Positions 41,701-50,778 of a stretch of DNA of 64,000 nt are shown piece after piece (positions within the stretch are counted from its first letter, which is position 1; the number at the start of each line of letters is the position of its first letter). This DNA is from Saprospiraceae bacterium (lineage in GTDB: Bacteria; Bacteroidota; Bacteroidia; Chitinophagales; Saprospiraceae). Made by a program: the position numbers and the translations under genes. The notes under the pieces were generated by a model. That model saw nothing but the letters and a program-made list of their open reading frames with translations, searched no databases and was not told the DNA's origin. The DNA is taken from the NCBI GenBank assembly GCA_041739205.1, contig JBGSOH010000447.1, positions 1,294 to 65,293 of the forward strand, in the 5' to 3' direction.

Positions 41701-44616
41701 ATTGAACCAGAAGATTACTCCTGCAAAAATAGGATAGTATTAGAGTGTGGTAACCAATACGATCTTTCCAATACGCTTTCATTTGCTTCTACATTCAATA
41801 ATTGTACATCGATTACAAATGGCCCGTGGTTTGAAGTCGTGGGCGATGGGAGTTATTTCCAATTAAAGATAAGCGGTGATCCAAACTATTTTAGTTCAAC
41901 ATCAGTGATTGTAGGCGAGGGCAATAGTTGTGATGATGTCCAATGTACTTGTATTTTGCCATTAAATCAACTTGGGATAGTAGGTTTCCAATCAGAAGTA
42001 GGTAAAAAATATTTTATCAAAATATCCAACAATTATTTAATAGGTTTGGCATTAAAAAGTATCCAATTTACATGTTTTGGAGATATGAATAATCAAAGAT
42101 GTACTGATGCACTTCCGGTTTCTTGCGGTCAAAATATCAATGATGTCGTTTCAACTTCTTCTCTTGTAGATACCATTAATGTTTGCCAAACAATTAATAA
42201 AGGAAATTATTACATTTTCCAAGGAACAGGCGACAATATCACTTTTAAATTTAGTAACATTTCCACTGGTCAATTATATTATGAGATTATCGAAAACTCT
42301 TGTATAGATGGTAGATGCCTTTTTACTGGCGCTGTTGAAGCTAATTTTTATAGTAGAAACCAGTTTACAATAGACACAAAATCAAATACAACCTACATCA
42401 TTAAATTACATTCGCCTGTAGATTGTGCTTATGAATTCACGACATCATGTTTTGAAACACACGAAAATATATCGTGCCAGTCAGCAGATGTATTTACTTG
42501 CAGCAAAGAATATAATCTCAATTTGCAATCTCCACTAGGTTTAAATATAGGCTCAATTTGTGGTAGCACATCAGGGCAAATCGAGCATTGGTTTCAATTA
42601 CCAAAAAACAAAAAATGGTTTGAATTTAATTTTGATTCCACCTACCAAGATAGGAATATAAGTATAGCATATCTAAAAGGGTCATGCAATGGTTTACAAT
42701 GTATTCAAAGTTGGGATTATACATCGAGTCCAATTGCTGTTTATGGCAATAATGATGATGATTATTATGTCAGGATCACAAGAAGCTATAATGGTCAAAA
42801 TGTAGATAATATAAAATTTAATTTGCAGTGTATCGATGGCAAGACAAATGACTTTTGTCAAGATGCAACTTTAATATCTTGTGGTTTTCAGGATACTATC
42901 TCTACTTATTTAAGTACGTTTTCTCAAATCAATGAAAATTGTTCTACGTTTGGCTACCCTGATATTTGGTATAAATTGATAGGAAATGACTCCATTTTTC
43001 TATTTGACATTAAAAGTCTTAATAATAGTGGATTGATGAGTATTTACATAGCATCTGACTGTAACAAATTGATGTGTGATGCGCCACAATCGGGCTTATA
43101 CCAAACCGAAAATCAAATTGCGCTGCCTACTACTAAAGATTCCACCTACTATATCCGGTTACAAAATGCATCATCAAATGATATATATAAATTTGAAATG
43201 AATGTCAACTGTTTGCCTAAACTTGACAATGATTTATGCAATGGCGCTATAGAAGTAGATCTGACTTCAGATACAATTATCGCTAATATCTTACTAGGAA
43301 GTGCCGATCTACCAGAATTAAATAATTGCAATCAAAATTTTGTATATCCTATTACCAATGGATTGTGGTACACATTTGAAGGTACAGGGGAAGTGACAAC
43401 GATTTCATTAGCAGGTCAATCAAATCCTTTTAGGTATCTTATATTTGAAGGTAATTGTGATCAGTGGCAGTGCATCGAAAATGATGTACTTTATTATAAT
43501 ACAAAAGATATCTTTACAGAATTGGGCAAATCATACAAAATGGTAGTTTATTCTTCTGATATTTATACCAAAACTGTTTCTTTCCAATTCAATAAAAAAA
43601 TATTGGCAAAAAACTGGGAATGTGTAAATGCTGATACAATTGGATGTGGTACCGAAATCATTATGGACAAATCGAAACTTGTTTATTCAAATGAAGTTCG
43701 TTGCAATACATTCGGTGGACACTCATCATGGTATACCATTGAAAGCGATTCTTCACTATTACTTAAACTAAATTCAATTAATGTTTACAATCAATTAGCT
43801 TGGCTAGTTTATGACTCTTGTATGGATGTGTGCAAAACACGTATCGATTTGCCTTACTCGGGTAGCTCCACGCAAATTCTTGTTCCAAAGGGTCAAAAAT
43901 TTTTAATAGAAAGCCGATCAGATTTACAAAACAACAGTATTCCATTTCTATATAATTTATCATGTTTAGACAATGGTTACAAACATACAAGTTTCGCAAC
44001 AGCTCTTGACCTAAAATGTGGAAAACAAGTTGTAAATCTATCGAAAACAGGATATCCTTTAGAATTTGAGATTGATGAATTTCCGCTTCCACTTCTTTTT
44101 TACAGGTTTACTAGTAAAGTAGATACAAACATTCGATATATACCATATGGTAATCTTCCTTTTAGAGCATTTATTTACAATACAGAAACAAAACAATTTA
44201 GCGATTTTTCGACAATAACTTTGCATCAAATCAATAAAGACATTGTGTACTATCTTTTAATTGATTATTCTGGAACCGGATTTGAAGACAACAATTATGA
44301 GTTCGAAATTTTAGGACTATGCAGCACAGTTTCTACAAGCGATACACGATTAAATTCAGAATTAAAAGTAAATCCAAATCCATTCACCGAATACTTCGAG
44401 TTGCAATTATCAAAAGCAATAGAGATAAATAGTGAAATTGAAATTGTAGACATAATGGGAAATGTAATAAAAAAAGTAAATTTATCAGATCAGGTTGGAA
44501 ATTTTAACTTGGTTATTAACGGCATGGAAGACGTAGCTGATGTTCTCTTATTTGTAAAATACAAAAGTCCTACATTTAGTAAAACAGTTAAAATTATTAA
44601 GATAGGTCGAAATTAA
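38725..44616 (+). CDS. 1963-aa T9SS type A cargo composed of 15 tandem divergent Cys-framed ~123-aa modules (PPC/pre-peptidase-C-terminal-like?) plus a CTD
   Basis: Start reassigned to MRSIFLSIVILLASFQAFCQ (signal peptide). Each module reads N-x-x-C-x-x-A...CG...W(Y/F)x(F/L)xG...C...C...G.xY.I...C. C-terminal LKVNPNPFTEYFELQL...KTVKIIKIG. Confidence 0.75.
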   Translation: MRSIFLSIVILLASFQAFCQIKPQNDECSQAVYAKLDTLYQQKDILPNLDSIPFCGQQKRVMRGVWYEINGNDSILFVQVASENTSAFIIEGSCSSLSCVENFNYYRPISGYIEKGKTYKIFIYSDSDRKVDYSVTFSAYPTGEASKCESAPFLDCGGQLNINSNGLINLPTTLCNTTYDRYKYMWFRIKGNGGVQTIRYNSSNFSSFFSYVYDTTCSDSMLCVLSRPFSNEVSFITELNKDYLIQAGLTAPIIGPVDVTLECTSLDPNLTCEGAKSLSCGERYENEQLQNININTLNQEINKEYGLWYKLPTEVGKRIQLNFNASNYGNMQLKLFKSENGDCSKLVNIYYNSINVSDDKFNLDIIDDEQYYMLLTDYSSVPFDLSVTCLDISYNNNSCQKSEILNICGDTLSLFNSFCLDKTDTNLPNDYNQSGKWFKFTGGNKPIVISSDFNGFLPISLYQSECGAIGQPIFSGIYIDNNSAYFNVVEGQEYYIRFNYDNSRNLLEYNLYFNCLESDISGLRCENAIELECDIPSLIKQDYVIQNLITESSCGPINGYSWFKVVGDGGTKSISGNNIYRIAVYKSTDCQNFECWAIPTYLNYITFPTEEGATYYCIVYGGDQTSRVTMKCIDETINSTCNKAISISCADSVVPLDFTNTFQLDSAIYNPSSLWYQISGDDKVVKFITKNYSNIRIYNSCNQDTIYRPSGISFSLFLTQGENYFIELVPSGNPTDTLFLACRDGYEDNNTCDTVHDLECGSSFVINVENSLSTTTVINQDTIYYPYQSAWYQFMGDGQTWFFSPTNLDGYSYEIYEDGCDNLPIISLDNYYSNAKFVVNSEVGKTYKIRLKLYNYISIVNFNVECRASISNFNCQRASTITCDTSVTIKPQDVSQDVVLVPDVGLLKNVSWYKLESSENSYLKLENYYGAGIVFESNANCDSLKQIIKLFGAEPVIIERKQGMTYYLAVGNFNYYSQEDDVKFYHYCIPATIEPEDYSCKNRIVLECGNQYDLSNTLSFASTFNNCTSITNGPWFEVVGDGSYFQLKISGDPNYFSSTSVIVGEGNSCDDVQCTCILPLNQLGIVGFQSEVGKKYFIKISNNYLIGLALKSIQFTCFGDMNNQRCTDALPVSCGQNINDVVSTSSLVDTINVCQTINKGNYYIFQGTGDNITFKFSNISTGQLYYEIIENSCIDGRCLFTGAVEANFYSRNQFTIDTKSNTTYIIKLHSPVDCAYEFTTSCFETHENISCQSADVFTCSKEYNLNLQSPLGLNIGSICGSTSGQIEHWFQLPKNKKWFEFNFDSTYQDRNISIAYLKGSCNGLQCIQSWDYTSSPIAVYGNNDDDYYVRITRSYNGQNVDNIKFNLQCIDGKTNDFCQDATLISCGFQDTISTYLSTFSQINENCSTFGYPDIWYKLIGNDSIFLFDIKSLNNSGLMSIYIASDCNKLMCDAPQSGLYQTENQIALPTTKDSTYYIRLQNASSNDIYKFEMNVNCLPKLDNDLCNGAIEVDLTSDTIIANILLGSADLPELNNCNQNFVYPITNGLWYTFEGTGEVTTISLAGQSNPFRYLIFEGNCDQWQCIENDVLYYNTKDIFTELGKSYKMVVYSSDIYTKTVSFQFNKKILAKNWECVNADTIGCGTEIIMDKSKLVYSNEVRCNTFGGHSSWYTIESDSSLLLKLNSINVYNQLAWLVYDSCMDVCKTRIDLPYSGSSTQILVPKGQKFLIESRSDLQNNSIPFLYNLSCLDNGYKHTSFATALDLKCGKQVVNLSKTGYPLEFEIDEFPLPLLFYRFTSKVDTNIRYIPYGNLPFRAFIYNTETKQFSDFSTITLHQINKDIVYYLLIDYSGTGFEDNNYEFEILGLCSTVSTSDTRLNSELKVNPNPFTEYFELQLSKAIEINSEIEIVDIMGNVIKKVNLSDQVGNFNLVINGMEDVADVLLFVKYKSPTFSKTVKIIKIGRN
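38794..44325 (+). repeat. Protein-level tandem array of 15 modules of about 123 aa each. I saw no obvious nucleotide-level identity between units.
   Basis: Module starts seen at NDECSQA, ASKCESA, NLTCEGA, NNSCQKS, LRCENA, NSTCNKA, NNTCDTV, NFNCQRA, DYSCKNR, NQRCTDA, NISCQSA, NDFCQDA, NDLCNGA, NWECVNA and HTSFATA. Confidence 0.7.
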
Positions 44617-44932
44617 TGATACTATACTAAAGCGGGTAAGGTGTTATCTTAGGATAATCGCTAAATAGCTTTTGATCAAAGTATTTTTGCTATGTATTTT
44701 ATAATCATGAGTTGATCATATAAAATAAAAGTAGAAACAACCACTTTTTTTTAAAAATCAGAACTTATCAAATTTAAAATTCTTAAAAAGTATAAGATTC
44801 AATGTCTCAGACTTCGACCGTCGTATAAATTTAATCTCTACTTTTAAGTTACAAATAAATTATATTTCACAAAAATTCAAAAACAGATAATATTTTACAA
44901 ATTTACTGCCTTTTATATAGAAAATATTTTAA

Positions 44933-44940
44933 TATATTTG
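44933..44940 (+). promoter_or_regulatory. Candidate -7 box TATATTTG for the metalloprotease gene
   Basis: TAnnTTTG 26 nt upstream of the ATG at 44966. Confidence 0.35.
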
Positions 44941-44965
44941 CGACCTCAATATAAATTTTAGCTAA

Positions 44966-47900
44966 ATGAAGGTTTTCTCTTTTTTATTTTTTATTGCTTT
45001 TTTAACTACCACACTATCGATAGAAGCTCAAAATTGGACTTTGACTAAAGAAAGTAAAATCTCTGAGAAAGGAGTCAAAGATATCATACCCCAGGTTTAC
45101 ACCATTTATGATATGGAAGATGAAGAGATGAAATCATTACTTTGGTCAGCTCCAAGAGAAGAGAATGTTGATGTAAGACAGTCTAATGCCATAATTAATA
45201 TTGGTTTACCCAATGGAAATACAGAACCTTTTAGAGTAGTAAGATACCAAATGATGGAACCCGAGCTGTCATCTAAATATGACGAAATAAGAACATTTTA
45301 TGGTATTTCTTCAATTGATGCATATAAGTCAGTCAGAATAGATTACACTATACACGGATTTAGGGCTGTCATTTCATCACCTGAAGGGAAAATATACATA
45401 GATCATTACCAACGAAATGACAAAAACACAAGAGTTGTTTATCACAAAAAAGATTATAAAAAAGTACCAAGTTGGGGATGTAATGTTATATCCTCTCATG
45501 ATGACAACAATAGATCTGAACTTATAAATGGCTCACGTATAGGCGACTGTCAACTCAGAAGTTATCGTTTAGCTCAAGCTACCACTGGAGAATATAGCCA
45601 GTTTCATGGCGGAACACCATCATCGGTAATGAGTGCAGTTGTCACAGCCATAAACAGAATCAATGAAGTATATGAAGCAGAAGTTGCAGTAAGATTTATA
45701 CTTGTTTCAAATACGGATCAAGTTTTCTATTATGACTCCGCGACTGACCCTTACACTAACAATGATGGTGGGGCAATGTTAGGAGAAAACCAAACGACAT
45801 GCGATAATGTAATTGGAAGTGCAAATTACGATATTGGACATGTTTTCAGTACTGGCGGAGGTGGTGTGGCATATTTACAATCTGTATGCAACAACTCAAT
45901 AAAAGCTGGTGGTGTTACAGGATCAGGATCACCAGTTGGAGATCCCTTTACAATTGACTATGTTGCTCATGAAATGGGACACCAATTTGGTGGTAATCAT
46001 ACGCAATATAATAGTTGCAATAGAAGCAATAACTCGGCAATGGAGCCAGGTAGTGCTTCCACTATTATGGGGTATGCAGGTATTTGCTCACCTAATGTAC
46101 AAAGTAATAGTGATGCATATTTCCATGGAAGAAGCCTTCAAGAAATGAAAACCTTTTTACTTAATGGAGGTGGCAATTGTGATCAAATAGTTTCGGGTTT
46201 TAGTAATAGTACGCCTTCTGTAACTGCACAACCAAATTATACCATACCACGATCTACACCTTTTGCCTTAACATTAGCCGCAACTGATCCTAATAATGAT
46301 CCTATGACATTTACATGGGATCAAATGAATGCTTTCACTGGCACTGCCCAAACAATGCCACCTGCCGCTACAAATATTTCAGGACCAGTATTCAGAAGTA
46401 TTGATCCTAGTACTAGCCCGACTAGATACTTTCCAAATCTAACCACAATATTAAGTGGCTCGACTGCCAATACTTGGGAAGTTGTACCTTCTGTAGGTAG
46501 AAGTATGTCATTCCGTGGTATTGCCAGAGATTTCACAGGTGTTGCAGGTTGCAATTCTGAAATAAACCTTACGGTGACAACAGTAGCAGCAGCTGGACCA
46601 TTTACTGTAACTTCTTTTAATACTGCATCCACATGGCTGGAAGGAGAAACTAAGACAATTACATGGAATGTGGCAGGTACAACAGCAAATGGTATAAATT
46701 GCAGTAATGTAGATATTCTATTATCTTATGATGGGGGACTTACTTATCCAATCACTTTAATCTCTGCAACGCCAAACGATGGATCGCAAGATATATCGGT
46801 TCCTTCAGGTACTACAACAACTGCAAGAATAATGGTAAAAGCCAATGGTAATATCTTTTTTGATATCAATAATGCTAATATAACTATCAACAACGGATTC
46901 CCAAGTTTCGCAATTAATGCTAGCCCAAATTCAGTCTCCCTTTGTGAAGGTCAATCTAGTAATATTTCTATTGCTTTAGATGGTATACTCGGTTTCAATA
47001 GTCCTGTTACTTTATCACTTAGCAATTTACCCACAGGTCTAACAGGGTCTTTTATAAATAATCCTGTCACTCCTGGGTCTAATACATCACTGACCTTAAC
47101 AAATTCAAATGCTACTGCTGGCACTATTTCTGTCACCGTTACTGGCACAAGTGGATCGATTATAAAAACAACAACAGTACAAGTTATTTTAACATCTATT
47201 GTAGATGGTACGCAACCTGGCTTAATTGCACCTGACAATGGACTTACAAATGCACCTTACAGACCTGATTTTAAATGGACAGGAGTAAGCAATGCTGCAT
47301 CATACGAGTTGCAAATTACTAGAGATATTAATTTCAACAATGTAGAAGTCACAGCAATTAGTACTTCTACTAGTTTTTCGTTAAACCAAGACTTAGAAGG
47401 TTTATCAATTTACTATTGGAGAGTAAGAGGCGTTAATGGATGTAGTGTTGGTACTTGGTCAGATGCCAGATCATTTGAAACTATACCATGTATGATTTAT
47501 AATGCAAGCGATCTCCCTATTTCCATATCAGGTAATGGAACACCTACCATAAATTCGTTTGTACCAATTACAGATAAAGGCACCATTTCAGATTTAGATG
47601 TTATAAATTTACAAGGACTACATACATGGATAGATGATCTTAGATTTACATTGTTTGCATCGAACGGAAATAACGTAACTATTTGGAATCAGCCTTGCGA
47701 TTCAGAAGATAATTTCAATATCAACTTTGACCAATCCGCTCCAAACCAAAATTGGCCTTGTCCACCTGTCGATGGAGGTACATATTTACCATCAAATTCT
47801 ATTGCATCATTCAATGGTCTGCAATTAAAAGGAACTTGGAGATTAAGAGTGGAAGATTTGGCTAACCAAGATGGTGGAAGTCTTTCAAGTTGGGGTGTAA

Positions 47901-48349
47901 AAACTTGTTTAACTAACTTTTGTAGACTCACAGTAAGCAATCCTCACCCTTCTGGTACAGGAAGTTTGTTTGCTGCACTCAATTGTGCTACAGCAGGAGA
48001 TACCATTAGATTTGCTCCATCCATAATGAATGATACCATCTTGCTAGGCAATCAAAGTCTCATAGTAGATAAAAACCTTGTTATTGAAGCAAATATCGCA
48101 AACAATATTCATGTCATGTCGAATAGCACGAACGCCACAATCGTTATTAATCCAGGTATTACCCTAAAAATGGAAGGATTACATATACATTCATCCAATT
48201 CAGGAATTGGTGCAATTAACAATTTTGGTGTATTGACTCTTGATGATGTAAGTACCTATAAATGGCCAGGGACATCTACATCGACGATTCAAAATCAAGC
48301 TGGTGCGTCGGCAAATTTAATTGGAAATTGTAAGGTAATTTCTGAATAA
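44966..48349 (+). CDS. Secreted reprolysin-like (M12B-type metzincin) zinc metalloprotease with Ig/FN3-like domains, a proprotein-convertase P-domain and a beta-helix (CSLREA-like) tail
   Basis: Signal peptide. HEMGHQFGGNH (nt 45967..46002). P-domain-like GTISDLDVINLQGLHTWIDDLRFTLF...GTWRLRVEDLANQDGGSLSSWGVKTC. Tail GSLFAALNCATAGDTIRFAP. Confidence 0.8.
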   Translation: MKVFSFLFFIAFLTTTLSIEAQNWTLTKESKISEKGVKDIIPQVYTIYDMEDEEMKSLLWSAPREENVDVRQSNAIINIGLPNGNTEPFRVVRYQMMEPELSSKYDEIRTFYGISSIDAYKSVRIDYTIHGFRAVISSPEGKIYIDHYQRNDKNTRVVYHKKDYKKVPSWGCNVISSHDDNNRSELINGSRIGDCQLRSYRLAQATTGEYSQFHGGTPSSVMSAVVTAINRINEVYEAEVAVRFILVSNTDQVFYYDSATDPYTNNDGGAMLGENQTTCDNVIGSANYDIGHVFSTGGGGVAYLQSVCNNSIKAGGVTGSGSPVGDPFTIDYVAHEMGHQFGGNHTQYNSCNRSNNSAMEPGSASTIMGYAGICSPNVQSNSDAYFHGRSLQEMKTFLLNGGGNCDQIVSGFSNSTPSVTAQPNYTIPRSTPFALTLAATDPNNDPMTFTWDQMNAFTGTAQTMPPAATNISGPVFRSIDPSTSPTRYFPNLTTILSGSTANTWEVVPSVGRSMSFRGIARDFTGVAGCNSEINLTVTTVAAAGPFTVTSFNTASTWLEGETKTITWNVAGTTANGINCSNVDILLSYDGGLTYPITLISATPNDGSQDISVPSGTTTTARIMVKANGNIFFDINNANITINNGFPSFAINASPNSVSLCEGQSSNISIALDGILGFNSPVTLSLSNLPTGLTGSFINNPVTPGSNTSLTLTNSNATAGTISVTVTGTSGSIIKTTTVQVILTSIVDGTQPGLIAPDNGLTNAPYRPDFKWTGVSNAASYELQITRDINFNNVEVTAISTSTSFSLNQDLEGLSIYYWRVRGVNGCSVGTWSDARSFETIPCMIYNASDLPISISGNGTPTINSFVPITDKGTISDLDVINLQGLHTWIDDLRFTLFASNGNNVTIWNQPCDSEDNFNINFDQSAPNQNWPCPPVDGGTYLPSNSIASFNGLQLKGTWRLRVEDLANQDGGSLSSWGVKTCLTNFCRLTVSNPHPSGTGSLFAALNCATAGDTIRFAPSIMNDTILLGNQSLIVDKNLVIEANIANNIHVMSNSTNATIVINPGITLKMEGLHIHSSNSGIGAINNFGVLTLDDVSTYKWPGTSTSTIQNQAGASANLIGNCKVISE

Positions 48350-48357
48350 TACAACCG

Positions 48358-49491
48358 CTAGTTGCATAGATTATCTACATGAGCAAATGCTGGACGATAA
48401 CCTAGTTTTGCAGATTCTTTGATGTCTTTACATGCTTTTTTATGGTCTAAAAGCTTAGTGTAAGCATTGGCACGATTAAAATAGGCTTCTGCAAAATCAG
48501 ATTTTTGATGGATTGCTTCAGAAAAATCATCCAAAGCTTTTTCATACTGCTTTACTTCTAGATAACTAATGCCTCTTTGGATGTAGTATAATTCATTATC
48601 CGAGTCAAGTTTTAGTAAGTGTGAATAGTCCACCACTGCATCTTCATGCTTACCAAGTTTAAATGAAGTAAGTGCTTTATTTTGTAAGGCTGCTTGGTGG
48701 CCTGGTTTTAATTGTAAACAAATAGCAAAATCAAGCAACGCTGCATTTAGGTCTTCCATCATCAACTTAGCAAAACCTCGCTGATGATATAATTCTGCAT
48801 CTGCAGGATTTCTTCTGATCCCATTAGTCAGTTCAGAAATGGCTTCGTTCCACTTTTCTAGTTTTAAATATATTTTTGCTTTTTCGGCAGAAGAAATAGA
48901 TTGATCTGGTTTTAAGTCTGATGCAGCATTCAAATCTGCCAATGCATTTTGATAATCCTCTTTTTTTGATTTACAAATCCCCCTATTCAGATAGACAGAA
49001 TATGATTGTTCCCCCAAGGTGATTGCCTTTGTAAAGTCATTGATAGCCATTTCATAATTGCCAACTCTCATATATGCAGTACCACGGTTTACAAATGCCT
49101 TGGTAAGTGTCGCATCTTTTGTAATAGCCTGCGTGAGTGTAGAAATTGCATTTTGGTGATCTTCTAGCAATAATTGGGTATAACCTTTAAAAAGATATGC
49201 TTTTGCAAATTCAGGATCTAAAGTTATAGTTTGTTGAAAATCAGCTAATGCCCCATGTAGATCTTTAAGATTTATTTTGCAATTACCCCTATTATAATAT
49301 GCTTTTATATAGTTGGGATCGGCTTCGATGCATCTGGAATAAAAAGATAGGGCTAATTCATAATTTTTTGCATTGGAATATTCAACGCCCTTATTATAGT
49401 TTTCTACTGCAAGACTATTGGTTGAAGGTTGACTTCTTAAATAGAAATTGCACACAATTAAAAAAGAAAGACATAAAATCTTACTAAACAT
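48358..49491 (-). CDS. Secreted tetratricopeptide (TPR) repeat protein
   Basis: Signal peptide followed by about 10 consecutive 34-aa TPR units (e.g. AxxYYNRGNCKINLKDLHGALADFQQTITLDP). Confidence 0.8.
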   Translation of the reverse strand: MFSKILCLSFLIVCNFYLRSQPSTNSLAVENYNKGVEYSNAKNYELALSFYSRCIEADPNYIKAYYNRGNCKINLKDLHGALADFQQTITLDPEFAKAYLFKGYTQLLLEDHQNAISTLTQAITKDATLTKAFVNRGTAYMRVGNYEMAINDFTKAITLGEQSYSVYLNRGICKSKKEDYQNALADLNAASDLKPDQSISSAEKAKIYLKLEKWNEAISELTNGIRRNPADAELYHQRGFAKLMMEDLNAALLDFAICLQLKPGHQAALQNKALTSFKLGKHEDAVVDYSHLLKLDSDNELYYIQRGISYLEVKQYEKALDDFSEAIHQKSDFAEAYFNRANAYTKLLDHKKACKDIKESAKLGYRPAFAHVDNLCN

Positions 49492-49689
49492 TTATATTGG
49501 ATATAAGGAAAATGATATAATTCGACTACAAAATAAGCTGGCAATTGTCAAAATAAGTAAGTAAATTACATCTCTACAAAGATCAAAAATCTTACCAATC
49601 TCATTTCATTATACGAACGAAGCGTTTACGCTGAACCTTTATTGCTTACTATTGTTTCGCAAAATTGGTTAATTAAATGATAATTTGCT

Positions 49690-49697
49690 TACTTTTG
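49690..49697 (+). promoter_or_regulatory. Candidate -7 box TACTTTTG for the idi2-HMGR pair
   Basis: TAnnTTTG 32 nt upstream of the ATG at 49729. Confidence 0.3.
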
Positions 49698-49728
49698 AGC
49701 ACATATTTTAATACACTTAACGAAATTC

Positions 49729-50769
49729 ATGGCATACCCTAATAAGGAAGATGAAAAACAAATCGATCCTACAGCATCAGAACGCAAAAAGGATCATATA
49801 GAATTAGCTTTTAGATCCAAAGTATCACACCACAATATTGATCAGAGATTTTATTACGAACCAATATTATCGTCTCACCCTGAAGATTACAGCAATCTAG
49901 CACTTACTTTTTTGGGTAAATCCTTTGGCGCACCCATTTGGGTTTCTAGTATGACAGGAGGAACCGAATTGGCGAAGACCATAAATAGAAATCTCGCTAC
50001 TGCTTGTGGAGAATACGGTCTAGGAATGGGTCTTGGTTCTTGTAGACAATTACTCTACAGCGATGAATTTTTAGAAGACTTTAATATTAGAAAATACATG
50101 GGTAACCAACCTTTGTATATTAATCTTGGTATAGCTCAAATAGAACAATTATTAGACAATAATGATTCGGTTAGAATTAAAGAATTGATTAATAAACTGG
50201 ACGCTGACGGTCTAATCATTCATGTAAATCCGATGCAAGAATGGTTGCAACCTGAAGGAGACCGCTTTCGCCAATCACCCTTCGACACTATTAAAAGAGT
50301 AATTGATATAGCTGATTTCAAAATAATCGTGAAAGAAGTAGGTCAAGGTATGGGGCCTGCAAGTTTAAAATCATTGTTAGCTTTACCACTAGAAGCTATA
50401 GATTTTGCTGCCAATGGTGGTACAAATTTTGCGCTACTCGAAATCCTGCGTTCATCCGAGACAAAAGCAGAAAATTATAATAATTTAGCTCATCTAGGAC
50501 ACAGCGCTGAAGAAATGATTTCCTTTACCAATAAAATCTACAAAGAATCTCCTTCATCAGTCATTTGCAAACAAATCATTGTATCTGGTGGTGTTTCAGA
50601 TTTTTTAGATGGGTATTATCACATACAAAAGTCCGCATTACCAGCCATTTATGGACAAGCATCTGGTTTTCTAAAACATGCTATGGGTTCTTATGAAATC
50701 CTTCAAAATTATGTGGATTTACAAATAAAAGGCTTGTCACTTGCCAAGGCTTTCTTAACTGCAAAATAG
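49729..50769 (+). CDS. fni: Type 2 (FMN-dependent) isopentenyl-diphosphate delta-isomerase
   Basis: RKKDHIELA near the N-terminus, SSMTGG, TIM-barrel FMN motifs (VKEVGQGMG, VSGGV). 346 aa. Confidence 0.85.
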   Translation: MAYPNKEDEKQIDPTASERKKDHIELAFRSKVSHHNIDQRFYYEPILSSHPEDYSNLALTFLGKSFGAPIWVSSMTGGTELAKTINRNLATACGEYGLGMGLGSCRQLLYSDEFLEDFNIRKYMGNQPLYINLGIAQIEQLLDNNDSVRIKELINKLDADGLIIHVNPMQEWLQPEGDRFRQSPFDTIKRVIDIADFKIIVKEVGQGMGPASLKSLLALPLEAIDFAANGGTNFALLEILRSSETKAENYNNLAHLGHSAEEMISFTNKIYKESPSSVICKQIIVSGGVSDFLDGYYHIQKSALPAIYGQASGFLKHAMGSYEILQNYVDLQIKGLSLAKAFLTAK

Positions 50770-50778
50770 ATCAGATTA

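Noticed and set aside
38725-48349. The idea that the 15-module cargo gene and the downstream metzincin form a dedicated two-gene system
   Set aside because: They are separated by 349 nt with a separate promoter-like box, and I see no shared domains. Adjacency alone is insufficient, so they are reported as separate observations.
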